In this document: positions 52,568 to 61,798 of the stretch, piece after piece
Layout of the letters: each line of letters begins with the position of its first letter
How positions within the stretch are numbered: the first letter of the stretch is position 1
Assembly (NCBI GenBank): GCA_965219415.1
Contig: CBDCNP010000002.1
Location: forward strand, 2,112,001 to 2,176,000
From: Candidatus Marinacidobacterales bacterium
Lineage (GTDB): Bacteria > Acidobacteriota > Vicinamibacteria > Marinacidobacterales > DATDRI01
Reading direction: 5' to 3'
DNA: 64,000 bases
Made by a program: the position numbers and the translations under genes
The notes under the pieces: model-generated
What the model was told of the DNA's origin: nothing
Databases searched by the model: none
What the model saw: only the letters and a program-made list of their open reading frames with translations

Positions 52568-54346
52568 CTAGTCCGGCAGGGTTCGACCTTCATCCCCACC
52601 TAGCAACAAGAGCCGAACCAGCCGCAGGGGGGGCTCACCGCAGTGTAGAAACGCATCGTGGAAGTCTCGAAGGGTCTTCGTTTCCATTCCGACGTTCACG
52701 TAATCGGCGCGTAGCTTCAAGATTTGCAGCTTCCCCAAGGCGGCACTCAGCCGTGTCGGATCGGCGGCGATCAAGCTGACCTCTCGCGCCGCGGCGGTAG
52801 CATCGAGGAAGGCCTCGTTCACGAAAATCAAGGCCGCGGTCTCGAGGCTCAACCCTTCGGCATGAATCAAGATCGTTGCAACTAGACGACATAGCTCAAC
52901 AAGCGCCCGACGAAGCTGAACCAAACGTAGAAGCGGATCGGCGCTTCCATAGCCCTCGTCGAGAAACATCTCCTCCGCGTAATGCGCCCAGCCTTCTCGA
53001 TTGGCGCGGGAGAAAAGAAGACGCCGGAGCTCACTCAAGCGATTCTCCGATTCGTTTCCAGACAGAACTCGAACGTAATTTCCTGGATACACTTCACGCA
53101 TGGAAAGTAGCTGCAACATGTAGGGCTCAAAGGGCAATAGACCGCCGACGTTAGGTCCCTCGGCGAGAGGCATCGCCAACCTTAGGACGGCATCGCCCGT
53201 GGATTCCGCAGGCCCGGGCACGTGCAATTTCCCCAGCTCACCTTGTGGCAACGAAGGCGCTGCTTCGACTGCCGGATCGGCCGCGTAAGTCAGAACCCCG
53301 GCGATATTCTTCTTGAGTGCAAACTGCCTCAAGTCTTGAAGGAGCTCCACCGTATAGGGCAATACCTCCTCCCGTTCGAACCGTTGGTTAGAGACTTCGG
53401 CCAAAAGCATGGGGAGCGAGAGCTCGGAGCTGGTATTGGCGGCTATCGCTCGGATTCTCTGCTTCGTTTCTCCGAGCTGACGCTCGGTTAACCACCGAAT
53501 TTCGTCGAGCGGAGTCTCGTCCATCTCCGTATAGAGGAGCTGGACCCGGAGCAAGTCTTCACCCAGACGAAACGAATCGATTTCACTCCGCGTCACACTG
53601 GTCTGAAGGTGAACAATGAACTCCTCCATGGAATCTAGAGCCGCGAGGCTCGCGACTTCGATCTGTCTGCGCAGCAGGTCGTCCGTAGCTCCGGGCGATT
53701 TGTCCAGCACCGCTTCGAGCCCGCGCACTTGCTCCTGACAATTCCGGAGCTCTGCGATCCCGTCCTCGATAAGGATTGGAGAAAGACTCTCGATGTTCTG
53801 GAGCGCCGATTCCAGGAGAGACGGGATTTGATTGAGTCGAGACAGAAGCGCATCCAGCCTAGTCGGAGCTCCCGGCTGAAAAAGGCTCCATATGCCTGAA
53901 CGGATGACATCGCTGTAGAAGCGGGGCGATCGCCGCCATGACTCGATTTCCTCCAATTCAAAGATCTCCGTCTTGACCGCATTGGTTAGCAGCAGTGCGT
54001 CGATGAACGCCGGGCTCGAGAGTTTTGTCAGGTCGATCCCTAAGATCCTCTGGCGGAAATCGCGGAGCTCCGCCACTCGGGACTTGACCTCGCTGGCCGA
54101 GAAGCGACCCAAATCGGCATCGCTGTCGTGGACGCCGACCATCGTCGCCTGGACCGGATAGAATCGAAAGCGCGCATCGAAGTATTCTCTCGCCCTCTCC
54201 TCCAAAATCTGATCTTCGCGCGAGATGTCCGGACCGGGGCTTTCGGAGCAGGCGAAGGGGAAGACCAACGCGGCGAAAAGAGCAAGGATGGCCCGGCGAA
54301 GGGGTTTTTGACAGTCTTGTCGCCCTCTGCTAATTTCCGCCCGCAT
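52568..54346 (-). CDS. DUF885 family lipoprotein
   Basis: FAC lipobox, P..AT..G.HD, EVYPG, EGWAHYAE, GKLQILKLR, FHDAFL. Confidence 0.82.
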   Translation of the reverse strand: MRAEISRGRQDCQKPLRRAILALFAALVFPFACSESPGPDISREDQILEERAREYFDARFRFYPVQATMVGVHDSDADLGRFSASEVKSRVAELRDFRQRILGIDLTKLSSPAFIDALLLTNAVKTEIFELEEIESWRRSPRFYSDVIRSGIWSLFQPGAPTRLDALLSRLNQIPSLLESALQNIESLSPILIEDGIAELRNCQEQVRGLEAVLDKSPGATDDLLRRQIEVASLAALDSMEEFIVHLQTSVTRSEIDSFRLGEDLLRVQLLYTEMDETPLDEIRWLTERQLGETKQRIRAIAANTSSELSLPMLLAEVSNQRFEREEVLPYTVELLQDLRQFALKKNIAGVLTYAADPAVEAAPSLPQGELGKLHVPGPAESTGDAVLRLAMPLAEGPNVGGLLPFEPYMLQLLSMREVYPGNYVRVLSGNESENRLSELRRLLFSRANREGWAHYAEEMFLDEGYGSADPLLRLVQLRRALVELCRLVATILIHAEGLSLETAALIFVNEAFLDATAAAREVSLIAADPTRLSAALGKLQILKLRADYVNVGMETKTLRDFHDAFLHCGEPPLRLVRLLLLGGDEGRTLPD

Positions 54347-54359
54347 ATCCAGTTCCCGA

Positions 54360-54406
54360 GACTATGCCTAGACTATGCCAGACTACGCTGGGCTATGCCG
54401 GACTAT
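54360..54406. repeat. About 10-bp tandem repeat in a divergent promoter
   Basis: GACTATGCCTA GACTATGCCA GACTACGCTG GGCTATGCCG GACTAT. Confidence 0.7.
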
Positions 54407-54467
54407 TTTTGACACGCCCATGGAATATCAAGAGTAACAGGATCATCGGGAGCCGGCTCTCACCGAA

Positions 54468-55835
54468 GTGAACCGACCGAGACTCCATTTCTACGGTGGA
54501 CAAGCGGGAGCCCTCGCGCCATTCGTGCTCTTTCTCGCCGGAGTGGCCTGGTTGGGGCTTTCCGGCGCTCCCGACGAAAAGGGCTTTTGGCCAGTGCTTC
54601 TGGCGGCGCTCGCCCTAGGACTCTTGGTTACTAAGGACCGCACCGCGTACTCGGAGATCGTCATTCTCGGGATGAGCCAACCGATCGTGATCTTGATGAT
54701 CATGGCATGGCTCCTCGCCGGCGTCCTCGGAACCATCATGGCTGGAACCGGTTTCGTCGAGGCCCTGGTGTGGCTCGCCCGACAGACCGGCGTTTCCGGC
54801 GGCGGATACGTGGCCGCGGCGTTCTTGATCTGCTGCGGCGTCTCGACCTCGACCGGTACCAGCATTGGAACGATCCTGTTATGCGGACCGCTTCTCTATC
54901 CGGCGGGGAGCGCGATGGCCGTGGAACCGGCGGTACTGATGGGTGCCATCTTGGGCGGCGCCGTATTCGGCGACAATGTGTCTCCGATCTCCGACACCAC
55001 CATCGCGTCCGCCTTGACTCAAGATGCGCAAATTGGCGAAGTGGTACGGAGTCGACTGAAGTACGCGCTGCCCGCGGCGGGCGTGGCTCTGGTTTTCTAT
55101 GCCGCGTTGGGTGGCTCGGCGGCCGCGCCCGGCGCCGGCGCGGAGCAGATCGGCTCCCCGCGAGGATTGCCCATGGTGGTGGCGCCTGCCTTGACGGTTG
55201 GTCTTCTCTTGGCCCGGCGTCATTTGCTCGAAGGACTCATCTCCGGGATCCTTGCCGCGGCCGCCATCGGCATAGTCCTCGGGCTCTTGGAACCCTCTGA
55301 GCTTCTCTACATAGACTCCGAGAGTTTTAGCGCCAAGGGCATCGTCCTGGAAGGCCTGGAGCGAGGGGTGGGTGCTTCCATCTTTACGCTTTTTCTGATG
55401 GGGATGGTGGCGAGCATCGAGGCCGCCGGCATCTTGGAGAGAGTCGTCGAGTTCGCGCGAAAACGAACCGGATCACCCCGTGGGGCGGAGCTATGGATCT
55501 TCGGAACGGTCTCCGCGGCGGTCGCGATCACGACGCACAGCGCGGTTGCCATCCTCACCGTCGGTCAGTTCACGCGGGAGACCGGCCAACGTTTCGGAAT
55601 CTCGCCATCCCGCCGCGCCAATTTGCTCGACGTTACCGTGTGCAGCTTCCCGTTCAATCTCCCCTACTTCGTGCCGGTGATCCTCGCCGCAAGTACCAGC
55701 GCATCGGGAGTCGATTTCGGAATGCCACGCGTCTCGCCCTTCGAGACCGGATTCAATAATTACCACTCGTGGATGCTGTTGGTCGTCGTTGTTTTGGCCA
55801 TCACCACCGGCTTCGGCAGAGAGCGACAGGAATAA
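54468..55835 (+). CDS. NhaC-family antiporter/transporter
   Basis: STGTSIGT, GAVFGDNVSPISDTT. Confidence 0.88.
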   Translation: MNRPRLHFYGGQAGALAPFVLFLAGVAWLGLSGAPDEKGFWPVLLAALALGLLVTKDRTAYSEIVILGMSQPIVILMIMAWLLAGVLGTIMAGTGFVEALVWLARQTGVSGGGYVAAAFLICCGVSTSTGTSIGTILLCGPLLYPAGSAMAVEPAVLMGAILGGAVFGDNVSPISDTTIASALTQDAQIGEVVRSRLKYALPAAGVALVFYAALGGSAAAPGAGAEQIGSPRGLPMVVAPALTVGLLLARRHLLEGLISGILAAAAIGIVLGLLEPSELLYIDSESFSAKGIVLEGLERGVGASIFTLFLMGMVASIEAAGILERVVEFARKRTGSPRGAELWIFGTVSAAVAITTHSAVAILTVGQFTRETGQRFGISPSRRANLLDVTVCSFPFNLPYFVPVILAASTSASGVDFGMPRVSPFETGFNNYHSWMLLVVVVLAITTGFGRERQE

Positions 55836-55872
55836 GGCGTATGAGCCTTCGGCCCGCGCACAGTCGCATGTC

Positions 55873-55976
55873 GGCCGCCAAATTACGAGGTTGCTTGACC
55901 GGAGCTCGCCAGGCGGGCACTCAGTTCCCGCTGGCCGCCAAAATAGGTTGTTGCTTAGCTGGAGCTAGCCAGGCGG
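55873..55976 (-). repeat. Tandem pair of the 44-bp motif (period 60)
   Basis: Copies 55873-55916 and 55933-55976; reverse complement CCGCCTGGC-N11-AAGCAAC-N7-TTTGGCGGCC. Confidence 0.75.
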
Positions 55977-57350
55977 CGGTGGGGCCCCGCGCGCACTAAT
56001 TGATTTCTTCGGCCGCCGGCCTCACTCGGCCCGCAACGCCTCCGTCGGATCCACCGAAGCCGCCCGCCTCGCCGGGACATAGCACGCCACCAGCGCGACC
56101 GCGGACAAGACCACTGCCGTCGCTGCAAAGCTTGCGCCATCGGTAGCGCTCACCTCAAACAAGAGACTCGAGAGGACGCGACCCAGGCCGAGAGCGGCAA
56201 ACAGACCCATGGCGATACCGACCAGCGTCAGGACCAAGCCCTGACCAAGAACTAGTCGCACCAGGTCGACTCGACTCGCGCCCAACGCGATACGGACTCC
56301 GAGCTCCCGGGTGCGGCCCCCGACGACTTGCGACAACAACCCGTAGACCCCCACTGCAGCCAGCAGCAGCGCTACCGCAGAGAAGACCGCCAACAAAAGC
56401 GTGGTGAGCCGTTGTCGGGCTACCGAACGCGTCAACAGCGCTTCCATCGTCGTCACGTCGGAGATCGCGAGGTCTGGATCGAGCTGCCACGCAGCGCGGC
56501 GCAGCGGCTCGGCCAAGGTTCCGGGAGCGATGTCCGTTCGCACAACGAGCGTTGCCCTGCGCGGCAGCCCGTAACCGTAAAAGGATTCTTGAGCGTGCGG
56601 AACGAAGACTGTTGGTTGCGATGGCACTGCGAGACCCTCATGTCGGACGTCTCCGACGACACCGACGATCTCGAACGGCACTTCCTTCGGTCTGCTAGCG
56701 ACGATTAGGATCCTTTGCCCCAGCGCCTCATCCCGGCGAAAGAAGCTTCGCGCCAGCGTCTCGTTGACGATCACCACACGCGGAGACGATTTCGTATCGC
56801 TGGCCGTGAAGTCTCGACCGCGAAGAGGAATCCCGAGCGTGCGGAAGTATCCCGGGCTCACTGTCTGGTGCCCGACGGCCGGAAACGGATCCTGAGGACG
56901 AAACTCGCTGTCCACGTGATCGAATCGCTCGGTACGCAGTCCCTGTGCAAACGGTAGGTTGCTTACATGGCTGACCGATCTCACCCCGGGGAGAGCTCCC
57001 AGTTTGAGCACCAACTCCGGAAAAAAGGCCTCGACATCACCGGAATCGGGATAACGAGCTTCCGGCAGCGAAATCCTCGCGCTCAGTACACCCGTCGGTT
57101 CGATGCCCGGCTGAATCTGCAGAAGATTCCAGAAGCTGCGAAGCAAGAGAGTGGAGCCCAGACCAGCACCACCGCCAGGGCAATTTCGGCGACAACGAGG
57201 ATGCCTCGCAACCGTGGTCGTCCCGCGCTCTCACCGATCTCACGAGCGCCCGATACGAGAGAGGAGCCCAAGGTCTGACGCGAGGCACGTAACCCCGGAA
57301 CCAGGCCGAAGGCCAGTGCAGACAAAACTGAGACCGCGAGCGTGAAAGCA

Positions 57351-57411
57351 CGCGATGGAACCCGGTAACCTTCCGCGGGTCGATCAGATCGGTGTTGATG
57401 CAGCCGTGGCT
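57351..57411 (+). other. 61-bp micro-inversion inside the ABC permease
   Basis: Plus strand reads AMEPGNLPRVDQIGVDAAVA, the linker expected between DVLL and AFTLAVS of the minus-strand gene. Confidence 0.85.
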
Positions 57412-57891
57412 GAGAAGCACATCGACTCCCCAGACCGCGAATAGCAACCCGAGCGCGCCGCCGACCAGGGCGAGGACCAAGCTCTCGGCCAAGGTTTGCG
57501 AGAGAAGTCGTGCCCGTCCGGCACCAAGTGCAGTCCGAATCGCCATCTCCTTCTGTCGCCCTTCGGCTCGGGCCAGAAATAGGCTGGCCACGTTGACACA
57601 AGCAATCAAGAGAACCAGCCCCACCGTCCCCAGGAGAACGAAAAGCAGCGTTCGAACATCGCCTACTAGCTGCTCCTTCATCGCGAGCGCGTTCAAGGGA
57701 TGGGCGTGCTCGTAATCGCTAGCCCACCGCTCGCTCACGACGTCCATCTCCGCAAGCACCTGCGGTAGACCGATCCCCGCGCGTACACGGCCTATCACCG
57801 TCAGGTAGTGCCCGGATCGATCGGTGATGGAGACTCGGTCGAGAACGAGGGGAACCCACAGCTGCGCGCCCTTGAAAGGAAAAATAAAAGC

Positions 57892-59276
57892 GGGTTTACG
57901 CGGATTCGTGTAGGTAAGTTCTGACGGAAAAACAGTGTAACTCATTGTGTGGAAAAGGTATCGAGTACTTCATCAGGTGCTGAAAAGTGGTCCATTTTTA
58001 GGATAGGCTAACCGAGTGAAAAATTCCCAGTCGATCCGCTCGCTGTTTGCGCTGCCAGGTTTCGTGGTTGGTGCCGGATTGAAGGGTCTATTCGGTGACC
58101 GATACGCCCGCGTCATCCAGCTCAAGAGGCGAAAAAAACAGCTGTGTGCTCTTACTGTGGGCAACGGTGCCGGGGGCGCTATGACAAGCAAGTGTGCCGG
58201 GTCCGCGACCTGTCGTTGGCAGGCTGGCGGATCTATCTGGAATACGAGCGTTGGCGCGTCAACTGTTCTGGGTGCGGCGGTGTGCATGTAGAACAACCTA
58301 GACTGGCTGGCGAACAACTCGCGCTACACCCAGCGTTTTGCGACGCATGTGGGCAAGCTGTGCCGGGATATGCCGAACAAGGCGGTGGCCGAGATGGAAC
58401 GTCTGCACCACGGTACGGTGAAGGCTCTGGATACGCTCTACATGCAAGAGTAGGTCGACCGGGCGGGGCTACCGGCGCCTCGGGCCATCGGTGTCGATGA
58501 GATCTCCATCCGCAAGGGACATAACTATCGCGTCATTGTCAGCGACCTGGAGCGGGCGCGTCCCATCTGGGTGGGCGGTGAGGGTCGCAAAGAAACCGAC
58601 ATCGATTTGTTCTTCAAGGCGCCGGGCGGAAAGAAAAGCGCCCGTATCAAGCTGGCCGCCATGGATATGTGGAAGCCCTTCCGGAACTCGGTGATTCACA
58701 ACGCGCCTAATGCGCGGATCATCTTCGACAAGTTTCATATCATGCGTCATCTGTCAAAGGCCCTCGATGAGGTCCGGCGCGGTGAGTACAAACGCCTCAG
58801 CGGCAAGGACCGGTCGTATATCAAGGGGCAGCGTTACACTTTGCTTTCCCGGCGGGAGAACCTGAGCCTAGACGGTCGCCGCGCACTCAAAAAGTTGCTC
58901 CAGGCCAACCGGCGCCTGAACACCGCCTATATTTTGAAGGAGGCCTTCGGGCAACTCTGGGATTACCGCACCGAACGCGGCGCTCGCGCCTTTTTCACTC
59001 GTTGGAAAGACAGCCTCAAATGGCAACGCCTGCATCCGTACCAGAAGTTCGCCGGTATGATTGAGTCCCATTGGGATGGTATCGCCTCCTACTGTCATCC
59101 GGAGAACAAAGTCAGTCTCGGCCTAGTTGAAGGGGTCAACAACAAAATCCGTGTTCTGCAACGACGCGCCTACGGCTATCGCGACGAGGAATATCTCAAG
59201 CTGAAGATCGTGGCGGCTTTCCTTCCGCTATTACCCAGAAATGCAGTTTTCAACCCACACGAATCCGCGTAGACCC
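57892..59276 (+). mobile_element. ISL3-family element (1385 bp)
   Basis: IRs GGGTTTACGCGGATTCGTGT / GGGTCTACGCGGATTCGTGT; 8-bp TSD with one mismatch (ATAAAAGC / ACAAAAGC). Confidence 0.92.
58016..59272 (+). pseudogene. ISL3 transposase, disrupted
   Basis: CxxC zinc finger, IGVDE, MDMWKPF, FDKFH, EGVNNKI...RAYGYR. A7 run at 58132, extra C near 58297, TAG at 58451. Confidence 0.88.
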
Positions 59277-59497
59277 ACAAAAGCTTGCGGCATAAGACCA
59301 TCGCGAAGCCGGGTCGCTTTAGCAAGGTGCGGATTGCCGGGCGCAGATCGTGAGCTAGATTCGGCATGACGACTCCCTCCGAGCCGAAGGAAAGCAAAAC
59401 GTAGGCCAACACAATACCTGTATGGAACAGCGTTTTAGCGGCGGGTCGGAGAAAGACCGTCCAGTTTCGGGACGCGCAAGGTTCCGAGATCGGACAG

Positions 59498-59600
59498 CCG
59501 CCTGGCGCGCCCGCTAGAAGCAACGCCCCGTTTGGGCGGCCAGAACGATCCGCTAAGCGCCTGGCGCGTCTGCTAGGAGCAACGCCCTGTTTTGGCGCCC
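59498..59600 (+). repeat. Tandem pair of the 44-bp motif (period 59)
   Basis: Copies 59498-59541 and 59557-59600, plus a partial third unit; inverted relative to 55873-55976. Confidence 0.75.
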
Positions 59601-59633
59601 AGCGCGATGGGACAGCCGCTCGGTGGACCGCCC

Positions 59634-60320
59634 TTAGAGTCGGATCAGAATCTCTTCAAGCAGTTTTCTGTGGAGATCGGGCACCTCGGCGTCCTTCGCC
59701 GGGTAGCCCACCGGAATCAGAACGAACGGTGTTTCGTTGGCGGGTCGCTTCAAGATCTCGCGAAGGAACTTCATGGGGCTCGGGGTGTGGGTCAGAGTCG
59801 CAAGGCCCGCGTTATGCAGCGCCGCGAGAAGCATGCCCACTGCGATCCCCACCGACTCCACAACGTAATAGTGTTTGCGCTTGACCAAGGTACCGTCGTC
59901 GAGCGCGGCGCCTTCGAGACCGTAGTCGGCCCGAAATACAACGATCAGATACGGGGCGATCTCCAAAAATTCCTTGTGCCAATCGGTTCCTAGGGGAGCC
60001 AAGGCCTCTTTCCATTCCTCCGGCATTCGCCGCTCGTAGTTCTCGCGTTCCTCCGCTTCCGCGGCTTCACGAATCCGGCTCTTGATTTGCGGGTCGGAGA
60101 CCACCACGAACCGCCATGGCTGTTGATGTGCGCCGGAGGGTGCGGTCCCGGCTGTTTGGATCGCGTGTTCGATGAGGTGGAACGAAACCGGCCTTGGCGA
60201 GAAGTCGCGCACGGTTCGGCGGCGATCCATGACCTCGTAAAACTCCTGCGCCCTCCACCGTTGCTCATCCTCTGCGAGCTCGTCGAAACGAAGGGGTATG
60301 AACTTGGGAGTTCCTCTCAT
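59634..60320 (-). CDS. Iodotyrosine deiodinase-like nitroreductase
   Basis: RRTVRDF, TAPSGAHQQPW, lid EAEERENY...LGTDWHKEFL, HYYV.ESVGIA, LTHTPSPM. Confidence 0.82.
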   Translation of the reverse strand: MRGTPKFIPLRFDELAEDEQRWRAQEFYEVMDRRRTVRDFSPRPVSFHLIEHAIQTAGTAPSGAHQQPWRFVVVSDPQIKSRIREAAEAEERENYERRMPEEWKEALAPLGTDWHKEFLEIAPYLIVVFRADYGLEGAALDDGTLVKRKHYYVVESVGIAVGMLLAALHNAGLATLTHTPSPMKFLREILKRPANETPFVLIPVGYPAKDAEVPDLHRKLLEEILIRL

Positions 60321-60362
60321 GAGTTCACACATCGGGCTCGGGCGGACGACGCCGAGCGCAGC

Positions 60363-61721
60363 TCAAACCTTGAAGAAGGCTTCCTTTTCGGCCATCGGCG
60401 CCCCCTTCAGCAGGTGCCGGGCAAGATGAATTGACATCTTCATCGAGTGATCGGAATTGTTGTACCAGTAGGCACCGGTGCGTCCAAGAAGTTTTAGATT
60501 CTTGAAAGGCTTCGCCATGCGCGCCGCCGCCGCGAAACTCTCCTTGTAGCGAAGATCGTAAATTGGATAGGTGTCGCGAACTTTCTCGATGTGCACCGCG
60601 CCAAAATCCTCGAGAGAGCGAACCAATTTCAATCGGACGAGATCGGATTGGACCTGCGATACCAGTGCCTCTGGATCGCGCCACGCCTCGCCACCTTCGA
60701 AGCAGGTAACTTCGACGCAGAGCCCCGTCTTTCCGGACGGCGACATGTAAGGAGCTAGCTCCTTGGTGATGGTCACGCGGGAGAGGACCGTGTCGGAACT
60801 GCCGTAGTAGATCCACTGTTCGTGCTCCAGCACGTCGGCATGGACTTCGATATTGAAAAGCACCGTCGACAGATACCGGATCGCCGGAGGCTCCTTTCCC
60901 AGAAGCCGCGCGAGGGCAATCAGGTTTCCGCTCCAAATCAGGTACTTGGGTCTTAGCTTGGTCCCGTCGGTCAGCTCCACTTCTTCGACTTTCCCGTCCT
61001 CGGTACGGATCGCGGTGACCGTATCGCTGAGCCGGATTTCGCCGCCTCTCTCGGGGATCTGTTCCGCCAGTTTCTCGCAAAAAGTACCGAAGCCCCCGTA
61101 GCTAGGATAAAGAAACTTGGTCACCACAGGACGAGGCAGAAGCACGTTGCGCACCAGATCGAAAAGGGAATCGCTCTTCACCCGCTTGTCGATCACCGCA
61201 CGATTGATTCCAGTCGTAGCCCAATCTACATGAACATCTTCGCAGGGGATCTGAAGAAATTTCTCGGTGTACGGCTTAAAGAAGAGACGATACAGGGTGT
61301 CTCCATAGCGGGAGCGCGTGTACTCCGTGAAAGAGTTATCGTCCGCCGGTGGCCGACGCCTCAGAAGGTCGAGTCCCGACGAGAACATGACGGGAAGCGG
61401 GAGTCGAAACAGAGCGCGACTATCGAGAGGCCAAGCGAAATACTTTCCGAACAAGTGCACCGAGCTCGACCGGTCCACCACCAGGCAGTCATCACCGAGA
61501 ACCTCGAGAAGAAAGTCCAAGACTTCTTTGTCTTCGGTGTGGAATCGCTTGGGTCCGACATCGAAGGTGAAGCCGTTGTAATGAAACGAGCGGGCCAGTC
61601 CACCGACCACATCGTTGCGCTCGACGACGGTCACCTGCTGTTTTTCCTTGAGGACCGTGTGGGCGAAGGTGAGACCGGCCACGCCGGCACCCACTACTAG
61701 GAAGTCTTTGTCAGTACTCAT
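60363..61721 (-). CDS. FAD-dependent oxidoreductase (protoporphyrinogen oxidase/UDP-galactopyranose mutase-like)
   Basis: GAGVAG, VGGLARS..FDVGP.RF, YPSYGGFG, GRTGAY.YNN.DHS. Confidence 0.8.
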   Translation of the reverse strand: MSTDKDFLVVGAGVAGLTFAHTVLKEKQQVTVVERNDVVGGLARSFHYNGFTFDVGPKRFHTEDKEVLDFLLEVLGDDCLVVDRSSSVHLFGKYFAWPLDSRALFRLPLPVMFSSGLDLLRRRPPADDNSFTEYTRSRYGDTLYRLFFKPYTEKFLQIPCEDVHVDWATTGINRAVIDKRVKSDSLFDLVRNVLLPRPVVTKFLYPSYGGFGTFCEKLAEQIPERGGEIRLSDTVTAIRTEDGKVEEVELTDGTKLRPKYLIWSGNLIALARLLGKEPPAIRYLSTVLFNIEVHADVLEHEQWIYYGSSDTVLSRVTITKELAPYMSPSGKTGLCVEVTCFEGGEAWRDPEALVSQVQSDLVRLKLVRSLEDFGAVHIEKVRDTYPIYDLRYKESFAAAARMAKPFKNLKLLGRTGAYWYNNSDHSMKMSIHLARHLLKGAPMAEKEAFFKV

Positions 61722-61798
61722 CACTCGACCCGTGCAATCGGTTACTCTAGCACGGGCGACGACGCGTCGGAAACGTCAGGGCCCTACCAGGAAAGACG

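Larger units (their letters stand above)
56022..59367 (-). pseudogene. ADOP/MacB-FtsX duplicated ABC permease (internal deletion, ISL3 insertion, micro-inversion, frameshift)
   Basis: DLR.AIRTLLKRPGF, LLIACVNVA, R.KEMAIRTALGA, RTRELGVRIALGA, PARRAASVDP.EALR.E. Confidence 0.88.

Noticed and set aside
58451-58453. TAG in the ISL3 transposase as pyrrolysine or readthrough
   Set aside because: The gene has another frameshift; a CAG to TAG nonsense change is simpler.
55873-59600. 44-bp motif pairs as CRISPR or TIGR arrays, or as proven transposon ends
   Set aside because: Only about 2 degenerate units per site, no cas/tas gene, no TSD found, and solo copies exist elsewhere.
59498-59600. TGGC-containing motif as a sigma54 promoter
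   Set aside because: No GC at the required GG-N10-GC spacing.
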